A DNA stretch of 64,000 nucleotides from a virus (IMGVR_UViG_3300043570_004127:32001-96000), one strand, 5' to 3'; shown: positions 40,373-51,472, numbered from the stretch's first letter. Made by a program: numbers and translations. Notes: generated by a model from the letters alone, not told the origin.

Positions 40373-42682
40373 TTATTCATTGTTTAAAAGTTTTTCAAGT
40401 TCTTCCTGGTGCAGCTGTTTTATTGCTTCAATATCAATATTTATGAATTGCGACCTAGCGAAGTCTGCTAAGTCGAATTTCTCCGGATTACGTCCTTCGT
40501 CAATGTCAATCTGATAAGCAATTTGGAGCGTATCCCGGATGTCCCTGGCTTGAGAACTGGTGACCGAATCGATGGTGTTTTTTTCAAGGAATTTGGGGTT
40601 TTGAATTTTCTTTTTATTAAGGAATGATTCTCTTTCATTTTTCAAAAGTTTTGCAACCATCGCACTAGTTAATTGCTCTGAATCAAGCAGGGTGGCATCT
40701 CGTAGTTCTTCTGTTAAATGTTTTAGTGTTGTTGCTCGAGATATCTTTTCATCCACCTTTGAGTCTACTGTTTCCAGAATTTTATCTACTACGTATTCAG
40801 GTATTTTTGAATAATCGTCGCTTTCTCGAACCACCGACGTAGATTTCGGGATTGGACTAAGTCCAAAAGATGACCTTAGGTCGTCTTCTATTTGTTTTAT
40901 TCTCCTGTCAAACTCCGAGATTAATTTGCCTTCATCGTTCTTAAAGGCGAGACGAACACCAACCTCCTGCCCTTTACTGTTTTTTGCTGTGACATAAGGG
41001 TTATTCAACCATGAGTTATATCTCTCCCAATACTGGGATGGATTTATTTCTTTGGAAAATGTACCGAGAAAGTCGCGCACTTGTTGGGCTGCTGCAGTTT
41101 GGGGGTTTGCTGGGGTTTCGGAATGTGTAAAAACAACACCGAATGGGTCGTATAGAGCCCCATGGTCACTTCCTGATTTTCCCCACAGGAGCCCCAATTG
41201 TTCTATTTGTTTAGAAACTTTTTTTAATTGCGGAGCATACCCAGTCCCATATCTAGCATACTCTATCCCCCCAAATTTTGCGAATCCAATTTCAAAATTT
41301 CGTTTGCTATGTGCGTTTATGTACTTCAATCTGGTTGAGTCATCTTTCCACCAGAAAGTTAAACCACTAGATGGGTCACGTTTTCCTTGCGTAAAATATT
41401 TGAAATTGTCAATATCTTTTTGCGCCCATTTTTTAATAAATGGTAATTCTTTATGTGTGTCGCGTTGAGGTCCACCGCCAACGGCTTCCCTAAATGCTTT
41501 TGGACTTATTCCAAGTCCGGCCATCGCACCGGTGATTCCACCATTTTTCAGGTGTGACGAACGGGTGTGATAGTTATCTGGATTGTTCCAAAAAACATCA
41601 TTTCCTATTCTGTATCCTGCATCGCGAAGTGATTGAGCCATTTCTCTCGTTGAATTAAACTCGTCATTTAGTCCATGCAGCTGCATTGAGCGAGCGATTT
41701 TGAATAGTCGTGCTCCGTTTATGTTGTTTGTTGGGTCTTGACCGCCATCGAAATCCGGGTTAGCAATCCAGTCATGTTTTTTTATATCCCAGGCCATCGA
41801 CTGTAAGTAGAGCCCAGCTGCCGTCCTTAGTGATTCCAGGTATTCTGGATTGTTCTTTAAATCCTCTAATGGCTTTCCGCTGATGTCGTACCTAAAACCA
41901 TATCCGGCGCTTCCTCTGTCTATTGGGAATGTCCACCAATCAAAGTGCTGCTTGTGAAACTCTGCCCAATTTCTACTGTCGGCCCATGTTTTGAATTTCC
42001 TAGTTTGATTTGCCTGTTCCGATACAAGGCTATCAATTCCGCCAAATGGGGTGTTGTTTGTTTTCGCAACGTACTGTTTTGGTTTAGGTTTTTTGAACCT
42101 ATCCATCATCCCCATTTCGCCAGTTATTGAGTCACCTGGCGTTGGGTCTGGCATCTCTCTGGAGGTGCCATCAAAAATTAGGCCATTACTATTTGCATCA
42201 TTGCGTGTTAATGGGTTTTGGTCGCCGGTTATTTTTGCATTATTAAGAATTCGTCTTCCGATTCTGGGAAGAGCTTTTCCGGTTATGGCATCCCTATTTA
42301 TCCCGCCGTTTGTTATTGGAGGAATAATCCCACCACCAAAAGCCGTAACCGTACTCCCAGAAGGAGTCGGAGGGGGATTTAATATATCAGTATCAAGTCT
42401 TTCTCCAGAAAACGCTGCTCGACGTCGTTTTTTCTTTTTTACTCGTTTTGGAATAACTTCTTCAGTGTTTAGCTCCTTACCAGAACCGCCACCCGTCGAA
42501 CCGCTGTATGAATAGTGCGCACTGACTAATCCGACGCCATCGACAGATACTGGAGCATCAATCAATCGCTCTTTTAACTTCTCCCAGCCAGAAACGTTCT
42601 CTCCACGCAGCTTTCGTTTTTTTCGATTCTTGCGTTTTGGTGAAGATATCTCCGGCGTAATTTGTTTACTTTTATTATCCAT
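40373..42682 (-). CDS. 769-aa multidomain protein with OGFr/DUF1810-like segment
   Basis: long ORF; HFDWWTFP segment lies between ITGEM and ITGAM. Confidence 0.7.
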   Translation of the reverse strand: MDNKSKQITPEISSPKRKNRKKRKLRGENVSGWEKLKERLIDAPVSVDGVGLVSAHYSYSGSTGGGSGKELNTEEVIPKRVKKKKRRRAAFSGERLDTDILNPPPTPSGSTVTAFGGGIIPPITNGGINRDAITGKALPRIGRRILNNAKITGDQNPLTRNDANSNGLIFDGTSREMPDPTPGDSITGEMGMMDRFKKPKPKQYVAKTNNTPFGGIDSLVSEQANQTRKFKTWADSRNWAEFHKQHFDWWTFPIDRGSAGYGFRYDISGKPLEDLKNNPEYLESLRTAAGLYLQSMAWDIKKHDWIANPDFDGGQDPTNNINGARLFKIARSMQLHGLNDEFNSTREMAQSLRDAGYRIGNDVFWNNPDNYHTRSSHLKNGGITGAMAGLGISPKAFREAVGGGPQRDTHKELPFIKKWAQKDIDNFKYFTQGKRDPSSGLTFWWKDDSTRLKYINAHSKRNFEIGFAKFGGIEYARYGTGYAPQLKKVSKQIEQLGLLWGKSGSDHGALYDPFGVVFTHSETPANPQTAAAQQVRDFLGTFSKEINPSQYWERYNSWLNNPYVTAKNSKGQEVGVRLAFKNDEGKLISEFDRRIKQIEDDLRSSFGLSPIPKSTSVVRESDDYSKIPEYVVDKILETVDSKVDEKISRATTLKHLTEELRDATLLDSEQLTSAMVAKLLKNERESFLNKKKIQNPKFLEKNTIDSVTSSQARDIRDTLQIAYQIDIDEGRNPEKFDLADFARSQFINIDIEAIKQLHQEELEKLLNNE

Positions 42683-42691
42683 ATAGCTTTA

Positions 42692-43075
42692 TTAATGCCG
42701 GTCAGAGTCTTCTATTTCAACGCTTGGATTATCTTTTATGTACATATCGATAGCAACCATGCGATTCCCGTTGGAATCCTTTATGTACTTTTTTGCTTCT
42801 TTTATTTCTTTGGAATACTCTTTCTCCAGTGCCGCGTATGGACGAAAATTATCTGGAATTTGAGTTTGTAGAAGTTTGTTCCCGGCGGACCAAAGTTCCC
42901 AGGCTTTCTCCATAAAAGAATTTCTTTTTTCCTTGTTGACCGAAAGGCACATAGGAGGAAAGTCTGCCATATCTTCAAAATCCGATATCGGCAACTGAAC
43001 CTTTCTCAACAACTCTTCATAGGAGCGTAATTCATCTACTGTAAAATTTTCGTAGTTAATCATGTTGCCGTCCAT
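42692..43075 (-). CDS. hypothetical protein coupled to the 2108-aa ORF
   Basis: 127 aa, starts 1 nt after the upstream stop. Confidence 0.65.
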   Translation of the reverse strand: MDGNMINYENFTVDELRSYEELLRKVQLPISDFEDMADFPPMCLSVNKEKRNSFMEKAWELWSAGNKLLQTQIPDNFRPYAALEKEYSKEIKEAKKYIKDSNGNRMVAIDMYIKDNPSVEIEDSDRH

Positions 43076-43076
43076 C

Positions 43077-46000
43077 CTAAAACCAATTACTTGGACTCAA
43101 TTGAGCCGTTTTCCCATTTGGGTATTGTATCGCCCCTAGAAGGGGGGCGTAGTCGGTGTAGTCTTTTATTGGTTTATTCTCCATAATCATTGAAGAGCGA
43201 TTAAGCATAATGATTCTTCCTATTGAACCATTTAATGCGTGTTTCCATATTTGGGATGGTGTTATCGAGGAATCACTGATTCCTTCTGCGGCAAAACCAT
43301 CGTACCCCATCATGGTTGCAATGTTTTCTCCTCGCATAAACAATTGAGAGCGTATAGCTCTAATTATTTTTTTATTGTTGTCTGTAGCGCTTTGTAGACC
43401 AGCTGATTCATCTTCAAGCATTTTCACAAGGTCGCTAACGTGTGTCATTCTCTGTTGCAGCCATGCATTCCATAGGTCTTTTGTTTCCTCTATTTCCCGC
43501 AACTCATCAACCGACATTGCTGCAGCTTCCGAGATTCCTGGGAAAAGTGCTTCTCTCATATTTCTATCTAATCTCCCGTCTCTATTCATGCCCTCAATGG
43601 TTACGGCGCCCCAGCTAGCATCTGGTCTTTGACCTGGGGCAACAGGCGTACCTTTGGCGGTAAGTCTATCTATATGTGCGTCGAGCTCGACTATTTGCTG
43701 ACTACTCAATGTCTTGCTGTTTGGATTTAGTTTCAAACTGTCTACTGGAATGCCGTATATGCTTGATTGTCCATGGGATGAGTTCGTTCCGTTTGGGGCA
43801 TTCGGTGCACCAAGTGCGTTATATAGCGACCAAAGAGCTTCATAGCTTTCTCCGCTGTTTCCGCCTCCCTCTCCGCCAAAGATGCTTCCAAACTGCTTTC
43901 TGTTTACCAATCTTGACTCTTGCGAGAGGACCGCAACCATAGACCCACCCTGGTGACCGTGGTACGACTTCCATGCACTCGGGCTTTGGGACCAATACTC
44001 TCCCCTGCCGCTAGCGTTTCCGCCCTGCCCAGGTATAAACCGGTCTCCAGTTAAGGCATCGTTCACCATTTGCAACTGCACTGAAGCCGGTGCTCGTTGC
44101 TTGCCACCGACGCCTCTTGAAATAACGACATATCTTGGTTGACCGTCGGTCTCGACTTCCTTCAACATCTCGATAATTTCTTCTCTACTGGCGAGTACGG
44201 GGAAGCTATTAAATCCGTTGAATTGCCAAACAGCACCGAGGTGTGCGGTACCGGCATCCGGATAAACAATTCCAGCTATCCGTGAACCTTGAGGTCCGAC
44301 TATTGGCTGGTTTGGATTTGCCAAACCAGCGTCATAAATTTCTCCCAATACATCCAACATATCAATTTGCTCGTCGCTTATTGTTGCTGGCGCACCATGG
44401 GTAATAAATTCAAACAGCGTTTGCGCTCGGTGGTCGTCTCTTATTGTTATTATTTCACTTGCAGTTCTTAGTGCCTGTGGTGGCGTTGGCGAATTCCACG
44501 GGTCGAGAATTGATGGTTGATTGTCATACAATCCTTCTGCTCTTGGTAAACCCTGCGCTGCACGCGCAGCAACCCGTCGCGTTCTTTCGTTGGAACGTTT
44601 GGCTCTGTCTTCCATGCCAATTCTTATTGCATTTTCTATTGCAGCAAGAGCTGGAGGATTATTAACTATATGTTTTTCCAGTAGGTGGGCAGCCTGCTCA
44701 GCAATTGCTCCTTGGAAAATATAAATATCCTGGAGACCTTTATTGCGTCTCTTGTTCGTTGAAAGCTCTCTTCTCCATCCGCTCAAAGCATTGTCGCGAG
44801 CATCAACTGCCGTGGCGTGCACAGCAGAAATATGTCGTTGTGCGTCAAGCCAGGCCGAATTTGCTTTTTGTCTTAAAGTGTCTATTTCTTGCTGTGTGCT
44901 GCCGGGAATTGGATTGTTGGCTGCATGCTCTAACTGAAGCGCGCGATTGATTGGAATAGTCATTCCAGCGGTTGTTGTTCTCGAGCGATAGCTTCCATCA
45001 GGAAGATAGAACTCACCGATTGGTAAATTAGGGTCAAGACCGAGTCTTTCTACATTGAAGCTACCAGCATCTAAATATGCATTATTCGGATACGCTGCTC
45101 CATCGGCAATAAGTTTGGTGGTTGTAGGGCTCGCGTTTGTTATGGAACGCGAGAGCCAATTTGCTCCATCGAGAAGTTCGTTTGAAGTAGCCGCGTTTTG
45201 GAGTAACTGCACAGCTATTGTTGCGTCTAAATCTTTGAGTAATGGAAATACTGGCTGAGTCACGTCATTAGTAACGCGTGCACCTCTTGTGTCTATGTAA
45301 GACAATTCGCTCAGGGGTGCTTCCGTCTGGGCACTAATTTTTTTATTTCCACCTTTTTTGTGTTCTTCAAAACGCTTCCTCACTGCGTTCCTGAATGAAC
45401 TAATTACACCTATGTAGTGATTTTTGGCAGCGGCAGTTTTGGGTTTTACTGTTATATCTAGTGACGGTGTGTTTGGGTCGACGCCTGGCGCTACTCGTAG
45501 TACCGGTATTCCTTTTGTTAACGCGTTATTGGTGTCCACCGCTATATGTGGGAATATATTCCCAACCCCTGCCCCACCGTCGAGTACGAGTGGTTTTGGG
45601 GTGTAAATGGAATGCTGGTCAATCGGAAGATTTGATAAATCTTCAACAAACTCCCCGGTTGATGTGTCAATGTAAAGTCCTGACTTGGTATCAAAAACGA
45701 TTCCCAACGCTGAGTTGCCCACTCCTGGGGTAATTGTCTGTCCGGTTCCAGGGGCTCGCGGTATAGGTGTCGTCGTTGGTATTACTGGTGCACTTGGCGT
45801 AACGCTTGGAGCGATTGGGGGAGTTGGGACGGGAGGAGTAGAAGGAGTCGATGTTGGGGTAGGAGGGGCCGACGGGGTAGGAGAAACTGGAACTGGTGAC
45901 GTAGCACCACCACCCGGAGTCTGTGGGGTGTTCCCTCTATTTGGACCATACGGTGTGTACGGTCTGCGTTTAACCGGGTCAACTCCTGTTCCCGTTATCT

Positions 46001-49000
46001 TTGCATTGTCCATCACTCTTTTGCGCAAAGATGGTTTTAGGTCGTTGATTAGGTTGTGGTCTTTTGTTGATTCAAAATCAGTTAATACCAAAAAGTTATG
46101 GAGATTGGTTTCTTCTATTCCGGCTCGCCTTGCGTCTGTTTTCGAAAGATTATCTATCCAACTAAGCAATTCGTCTTCGGTTAGTGGGTTTGTGTCGCCA
46201 ACTGCTTTGCCTAATTTCTTCCTAAAACTATCTTCTCTGTAGTCCAGTTCTTTCTGCATTTCTGAAGAAAGAAGTGATTTGTCAAGAGCACTCAGTGTCG
46301 ATGCGTCTGGTAGTTCTGGTCCTGTCGTGGTTTTGCTGAAACGCAATCCACTTCTAGTACTGCTGTTTGTAACAGAACGAACTCTCGCTCTTGTTGATGG
46401 TACTGCCTGCTGTTGCTGCTGGTTCGCTGGTCTTCTAAACCTACCTAAAACGCGTTGTATGAAAGTAGGTTTGGCATTTTGTGCTGGAGTTTGACTTTTT
46501 TGAATTTCATTTTTTATGTAATCGCTAGCAATGTATTTAACTTCATCGTTGCCATTTGCATCCGTGATTACGACAGCAGAAACAATGTGGTGCCCTTCGT
46601 CATCGAGAAAATGTGCCGTAGAGGAATTTGAATCTTCAATGTAGATTGGAGGCTGATACGGGTAGTTATTGTTTGGCTTAGGATTTCTCGTGCTGTATCT
46701 TATGGTGTTCCCTTTTGAATCCACCTGTTCAATCGTAAGACCAAAATTGGATACGGCACCCTGTGTCGGAGAAGGGCCATTCGGGTCATTGAAAGCTTTT
46801 GACCACTCATCAATTATTTCTTGTAATTCTTTTTGATTAGCGTCATCAAAGGAATCTGGTAATAGAGGTTTTCTATTTGGGTCTGTCAAAAGATTGTTTA
46901 GCTCAAGTACGCCACCAAAGTTTGATTCATCTTTAGTCCATACCGAGGCAGGTACTCCCTGTGGTGGCATGAGGTCCTGGAGAAGGATGTCAATTCTTGG
47001 GTCTCCATTGTAGATATGGCGAGCGGAAAGGTTCATTGACGGTGAGACTCTTTGTCCACTTAGTCGTGGGTCGAGAGGATAATTTTGAGGGGGCGATGCA
47101 TAGTTGACTTCGTCTTGTGGATTTACTGGCTCTTGTCTAATTCTGCTAGCCATACGTCGCATGAACTTGGCTGCTCGTTCTCTCCGTGCGTCTGTGGCTC
47201 TTGGTCTTCTGCCCTGTAGTTCTCTGATTGCGCGTTCTGTGTCAGTTGGTGGAGGACCAAATATCCCAGTCGACTGACCGATTCTCTGGACGATTCCTGG
47301 AGTATTCGGTTTACTGCCACGATTTTTGCGTTTGTTGTTATTTTTTGGAGCCCTTACTTGTCCGCCAGCAATGCCAGCACTTTGGCTCGTGTTGTTAATT
47401 TTTGAGATGCGTCTATTTTTTCTTCTATCTGGATTGACTAAATCATCTGCTGTTTGCCGCATTCGCCGAGCTATTGCTGCGCGCCTATTCGAACCTCGTC
47501 TGCCAGTTCCGGTTGAAAGCAGTTCATTAACTGTTTCCTCCCCAATTATTAAGGCGTCGTTTCTATCAAAGGGGTCTAATCTTCTACCTATATCGGGATT
47601 CGGCTGCCTGCTTCCATCAGCCGCGAATTCAAATAAAAACTCTTTTGCTATGGATGAATTGTAATCAATTGCATACATCTCATTCGGGGTTATATAGGCA
47701 GGAATATTATTGTCAAAGTATCTATTAGCACTATCGGTGAGTTGTTGCGTAATTTGAGTCGACCTATTGCCAAGCCATTTCTGCGTATCTATCATTCCCT
47801 GGAAATCAAAAAATTCACCAGTTGCGTCATTGTAATAAATACCGTTATCAGCAATATCTAAAGGTATTGTTCCACCATTTGTTCTCAGCTCATCAGATAT
47901 TAACTGGTCTGGTCTCGTATATTTTCTGTTAAAAGAATTTGCTGGCGACAGGAAATCTTCTGTTTCCTTTCGAGTGAGAACTTTTGCCCCACTGTAGTTT
48001 GCTAGAGCATCACGATATGCATCTATAGTATCTATTTGTTTTTGATTGCCGTAAAGATTACTCGTCACTTTAGCTGTATGGAGTATGTCTAGTCGTTCTT
48101 TTTGAGTTATGTAATCACCGATTACATTCGTTAGGTCGTATCCTGTTTTGCTTACATCTAATGGGTCACGCACCCCGATAAGTTTGAGTTCGTTTACTAC
48201 TTCGTCCGAATCAATCATCTCGTCAAGGTTTATCAACAAGCCATCTCCCAACAGAATGGAGCCATTGTTGGAAAGTTTCTTAGGAAGTATTCCGCCGGTG
48301 TGCCTGTATTCCAGTGGGATTTTCTTATCTCTTTTAAATTTATTGTCTTTGGGGTTTGGTGTAGAAGTTGGAATTCTTCTGGCTGCTCTGCGGGAAGTCG
48401 CCGTATTGAAAGCGTCATTTCTTATGTCGTTTCCGACACGCGCTATAACAGTTCCAGCGGCGATGCGAGCCCTGTCTCGACGGGTCATGTCGGGATTGAG
48501 AGAACCATATACATCTCTTGCGGTTGGATTTGCGGCGCGGAGTTTTTCTTTTGCGGTGCGCTTATTTATTTTTTCAACACGTCTCGCAGCACGACGCCCA
48601 AATTTTTCAACTCGTGCAATTCTTCTTTTTTCTGCCCCTGCTTCGAGTCTTTGTCCTGCTCTCAAAAGGGCTGGCTTGTCAATATTGCTTAGGTCGTCAG
48701 ATGGTTTGGCAATGTCACGCAATGAAGCGCCAATCATCCCACGACCGATTCTTCTAACCATGCCGAAGGTACAACCAGTGCCGAGTCGGTTGGTGTACTG
48801 ACCACCGAACGGAGTGTTGTCTGGACAGCGCCAGCCACCGCCGCCAGGCATATTTGTATCCCAAACAGCACGGACACCCTTCACCTGGAGTGTGAGGCTT
48901 GAATTTTTGCTGTCATGGATGAATGCTCTGGTTTTATAGTTGACTGCAATCTGCTTGTATGCAACATCAATAGACGCCAATCCAATATCCGTAATTGGCC

Positions 49001-49403
49001 AATTAAGGATGTTTTCCTCTACCGAGTAATCATCCTCGATATTGAAATCATCACCAGTGGAACTATTTGCTGGAAAATATGGTGGCGCGCTCTTGGTTTC
49101 GATGATTCGCATCAGAGCTTTTTTCGAAATTTCATTTTTCAGTTCAGCGAAGGTGTTCTGTGAAAATTTTTCCTCTATTGAGTCAATGTCAAGACTGCCA
49201 ACATCTGACATTTCCCCAATCGTCAATGTTAAATCAAGTGATTCACGAATTGCTTCAATCGTCATTTTTTCATTATTGGCCCAGTTTGCCCAAACCTCTC
49301 CCTGGCCAAGTGCGCCAAATGCTATCGGCTCGCTGCTGGACAATACCAAAACGGCAAAAGTTTGCTTTGTTAGTTTGTCTTCAATTAATGCAACTTGTCT
49401 CAT
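43077..49403 (-). CDS. 2108-aa protein, Pro/Thr linker and C-terminal ADP-ribosyltransferase-like domain
   Basis: ISRG...GRGEYWS...GYDGF...IMLNR pattern at the C-terminus. Confidence 0.75.
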   Translation of the reverse strand: MRQVALIEDKLTKQTFAVLVLSSSEPIAFGALGQGEVWANWANNEKMTIEAIRESLDLTLTIGEMSDVGSLDIDSIEEKFSQNTFAELKNEISKKALMRIIETKSAPPYFPANSSTGDDFNIEDDYSVEENILNWPITDIGLASIDVAYKQIAVNYKTRAFIHDSKNSSLTLQVKGVRAVWDTNMPGGGGWRCPDNTPFGGQYTNRLGTGCTFGMVRRIGRGMIGASLRDIAKPSDDLSNIDKPALLRAGQRLEAGAEKRRIARVEKFGRRAARRVEKINKRTAKEKLRAANPTARDVYGSLNPDMTRRDRARIAAGTVIARVGNDIRNDAFNTATSRRAARRIPTSTPNPKDNKFKRDKKIPLEYRHTGGILPKKLSNNGSILLGDGLLINLDEMIDSDEVVNELKLIGVRDPLDVSKTGYDLTNVIGDYITQKERLDILHTAKVTSNLYGNQKQIDTIDAYRDALANYSGAKVLTRKETEDFLSPANSFNRKYTRPDQLISDELRTNGGTIPLDIADNGIYYNDATGEFFDFQGMIDTQKWLGNRSTQITQQLTDSANRYFDNNIPAYITPNEMYAIDYNSSIAKEFLFEFAADGSRQPNPDIGRRLDPFDRNDALIIGEETVNELLSTGTGRRGSNRRAAIARRMRQTADDLVNPDRRKNRRISKINNTSQSAGIAGGQVRAPKNNNKRKNRGSKPNTPGIVQRIGQSTGIFGPPPTDTERAIRELQGRRPRATDARRERAAKFMRRMASRIRQEPVNPQDEVNYASPPQNYPLDPRLSGQRVSPSMNLSARHIYNGDPRIDILLQDLMPPQGVPASVWTKDESNFGGVLELNNLLTDPNRKPLLPDSFDDANQKELQEIIDEWSKAFNDPNGPSPTQGAVSNFGLTIEQVDSKGNTIRYSTRNPKPNNNYPYQPPIYIEDSNSSTAHFLDDEGHHIVSAVVITDANGNDEVKYIASDYIKNEIQKSQTPAQNAKPTFIQRVLGRFRRPANQQQQQAVPSTRARVRSVTNSSTRSGLRFSKTTTGPELPDASTLSALDKSLLSSEMQKELDYREDSFRKKLGKAVGDTNPLTEDELLSWIDNLSKTDARRAGIEETNLHNFLVLTDFESTKDHNLINDLKPSLRKRVMDNAKITGTGVDPVKRRPYTPYGPNRGNTPQTPGGGATSPVPVSPTPSAPPTPTSTPSTPPVPTPPIAPSVTPSAPVIPTTTPIPRAPGTGQTITPGVGNSALGIVFDTKSGLYIDTSTGEFVEDLSNLPIDQHSIYTPKPLVLDGGAGVGNIFPHIAVDTNNALTKGIPVLRVAPGVDPNTPSLDITVKPKTAAAKNHYIGVISSFRNAVRKRFEEHKKGGNKKISAQTEAPLSELSYIDTRGARVTNDVTQPVFPLLKDLDATIAVQLLQNAATSNELLDGANWLSRSITNASPTTTKLIADGAAYPNNAYLDAGSFNVERLGLDPNLPIGEFYLPDGSYRSRTTTAGMTIPINRALQLEHAANNPIPGSTQQEIDTLRQKANSAWLDAQRHISAVHATAVDARDNALSGWRRELSTNKRRNKGLQDIYIFQGAIAEQAAHLLEKHIVNNPPALAAIENAIRIGMEDRAKRSNERTRRVAARAAQGLPRAEGLYDNQPSILDPWNSPTPPQALRTASEIITIRDDHRAQTLFEFITHGAPATISDEQIDMLDVLGEIYDAGLANPNQPIVGPQGSRIAGIVYPDAGTAHLGAVWQFNGFNSFPVLASREEIIEMLKEVETDGQPRYVVISRGVGGKQRAPASVQLQMVNDALTGDRFIPGQGGNASGRGEYWSQSPSAWKSYHGHQGGSMVAVLSQESRLVNRKQFGSIFGGEGGGNSGESYEALWSLYNALGAPNAPNGTNSSHGQSSIYGIPVDSLKLNPNSKTLSSQQIVELDAHIDRLTAKGTPVAPGQRPDASWGAVTIEGMNRDGRLDRNMREALFPGISEAAAMSVDELREIEETKDLWNAWLQQRMTHVSDLVKMLEDESAGLQSATDNNKKIIRAIRSQLFMRGENIATMMGYDGFAAEGISDSSITPSQIWKHALNGSIGRIIMLNRSSMIMENKPIKDYTDYAPLLGAIQYPNGKTAQLSPSNWF

Positions 49404-51472
49404 TTAGGCAATAGTCCCAGCAACTGTTTAAATACTTTGGACGAGGATGTTAGCTGTTGAATTCTGTTCAAATATATTGCCTGGGTAATCTTTAGGTGAA
49501 CCTTTTCCGCTTCCGACAACTTTCCATCTTTTGAAAGGTAGTCAGTAAACTTGCCGAAATCAAAATTGTTAGCGTCATCTATGAGTTTCTCGAATAACTC
49601 CATTGCTCTTTTTTTCTGCTTTTCTTGAAGTCCAAGAAAGTAATTTGTGTAAGTCGCGCGTTGTTTTTTATTGAAAAATTCGTTAAGTGACATCTGCCTT
49701 CTTTGGCGCAATTCTGTGGTTGAAAGACCAGAGAATCCGGATGATGGATTTACCGAAGCTATTGCTCTGATTTGTCCGTCAATCCGCACCGGAGCAATAT
49801 TTGAAGGGTTTCTATCTCGCGTATCCGTGAGGAAGTCCGATATTGCAATTCCTAGAATGTCTTCAGGGGGCATCATGTCTGCGGGTGTTTTTCTGATTTG
49901 TCGAGCAGTGCTGTCAACATCCTGCGCTTCAGCGAGCATATAGCTCCTTCTCTTTCCGCTTCCGGTAAGCCGAACCTTTGGAGCATTTAGACCCAATGAG
50001 CGCTGAACCTCTGATGCCAGTGCGGCGCCTAAGTGTTCAAAATCTTTTGTTGGTTGCACTTCAAAAACTGTTTGACCGTCTGCTCGTTCGTGAATTATTA
50101 CTCCGTTTTTTATCTTTCCGGTCTTGTACATGGAGCTACGTTTTACGGCTTCTGCACGAATTGTTGCTGACAGGTTCTCTATCGAACCACCTGCGTTTAA
50201 GTGTCTAACAGCTGATGCAAGGTCGTCAATTTTTTCGGAATCCGGAAGTGGTTCTAGCTGTCCATCTGATGCTGATGAGCGGACTTTTGGTCCTTTCTTC
50301 TTAGCAAATATTTCATACTGCCATCTGCGCATTTGACGCTTTGCAGATTCTCCTGGCAGTTTTGCCATAATCATTTCGTTTGGATTATTGATACCCCTGA
50401 ACTTCTCTTCATAGGAAATTCCATCGCCCATTTCCGAGGCAATAAACTCAAGCGCTGCGGTTGGGTTTTCGGCCGTGCTCATTTTTTGAGCTTGGCTAAT
50501 CGTCTTGCCCAGTTTTCTGCGCTCTCCAACTGTTAGCGGGCGTGCTTTTGAGAGGCTCAATGTTGAGCCGCCTGGAAGAACGTAGTAAACACTGTCGACT
50601 CCGGTGTTCGACAATAATCCCATCTCATCTTGACCGATAATGTTTGGTGTAAGTGCGGTTGTAATAAACGAGGCACCTTCCATGTCTCTGTTGTCTGGCA
50701 CTGTTCTTAAGACTGCTGGAGAAACAACTGGCTGAAGAATAAATCCATCACGACGAACAAGACGCATGTACGGTTCGGTGACATTGGATAATTTTTCTAC
50801 GATGTTTGATACTTCCCTAACCTTCAAAGCTCTATTAGCCGTTGAGACTTTTGGTATCTGTGGAGCTCTTGATTGTAGAACCTCTCCTGACACAGAAAGA
50901 GAAGCAACTCCGCGCGAACTGCTTGCTTGTCCACGACCGGAGACGGCGTCTCGCAGCGCTCTTCCAATTGCTCTTCCGATTGCGCCAGGAAGGTCAAATA
51001 GTTGTTTTCCACACGTTGAGCGTCTCTCATCGGTAAACCGTCCACCAAACTGATAACCCTCAGGACACCTAAATCCACGGGTTGGTTTGGTCGCCCTAAG
51101 CGGGTTAAGGCTTGGAAGTCGTAGATTTGGGCCGCCACCTGGTGTTAGTAGCGATGCGGCTATTGAGCGTTTTGGCGAACGAAGCATTGTTAGATTGCCT
51201 GGAGTAACTGCGCTACCTAGGCCCTGTGCTGCCTGAAGAAGTCTGCTATCCGAAGAAACTTGACCGACCTTTACTTCGTATCCACGCTTGCCTTCTTTTC
51301 TTTGCATCTTGCATTTAAAGTTGACTGCAGCATTTTTGGTGTCAGCAAAAGAAATTGGGCTCAGGAATATATTCGGTCTTGTTATTGCTAGTTCTGGCGA
51401 TAAGTAACGAACCCTGTAAATCGGGTTTTCGGATTTTTCTCCGCAACAATCAGAAATCAAATAAGTTTGCAT
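49400..51472 (-). CDS. 690-aa protein with C-terminal HipA/PI3-PI4-kinase-like domain
   Basis: E...A......LGLNAP, DFLTDTRDRNPSN catalytic-loop-like motif. Confidence 0.7.
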   Translation of the reverse strand: MQTYLISDCCGEKSENPIYRVRYLSPELAITRPNIFLSPISFADTKNAAVNFKCKMQRKEGKRGYEVKVGQVSSDSRLLQAAQGLGSAVTPGNLTMLRSPKRSIAASLLTPGGGPNLRLPSLNPLRATKPTRGFRCPEGYQFGGRFTDERRSTCGKQLFDLPGAIGRAIGRALRDAVSGRGQASSSRGVASLSVSGEVLQSRAPQIPKVSTANRALKVREVSNIVEKLSNVTEPYMRLVRRDGFILQPVVSPAVLRTVPDNRDMEGASFITTALTPNIIGQDEMGLLSNTGVDSVYYVLPGGSTLSLSKARPLTVGERRKLGKTISQAQKMSTAENPTAALEFIASEMGDGISYEEKFRGINNPNEMIMAKLPGESAKRQMRRWQYEIFAKKKGPKVRSSASDGQLEPLPDSEKIDDLASAVRHLNAGGSIENLSATIRAEAVKRSSMYKTGKIKNGVIIHERADGQTVFEVQPTKDFEHLGAALASEVQRSLGLNAPKVRLTGSGKRRSYMLAEAQDVDSTARQIRKTPADMMPPEDILGIAISDFLTDTRDRNPSNIAPVRIDGQIRAIASVNPSSGFSGLSTTELRQRRQMSLNEFFNKKQRATYTNYFLGLQEKQKKRAMELFEKLIDDANNFDFGKFTDYLSKDGKLSEAEKVHLKITQAIYLNRIQQLTSSSKVFKQLLGLLPK

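Noticed and set aside
45685-45960. Pro/Thr-rich stretch as a repeat element
   Set aside because: It is a low-complexity protein linker with no exact DNA repeat.
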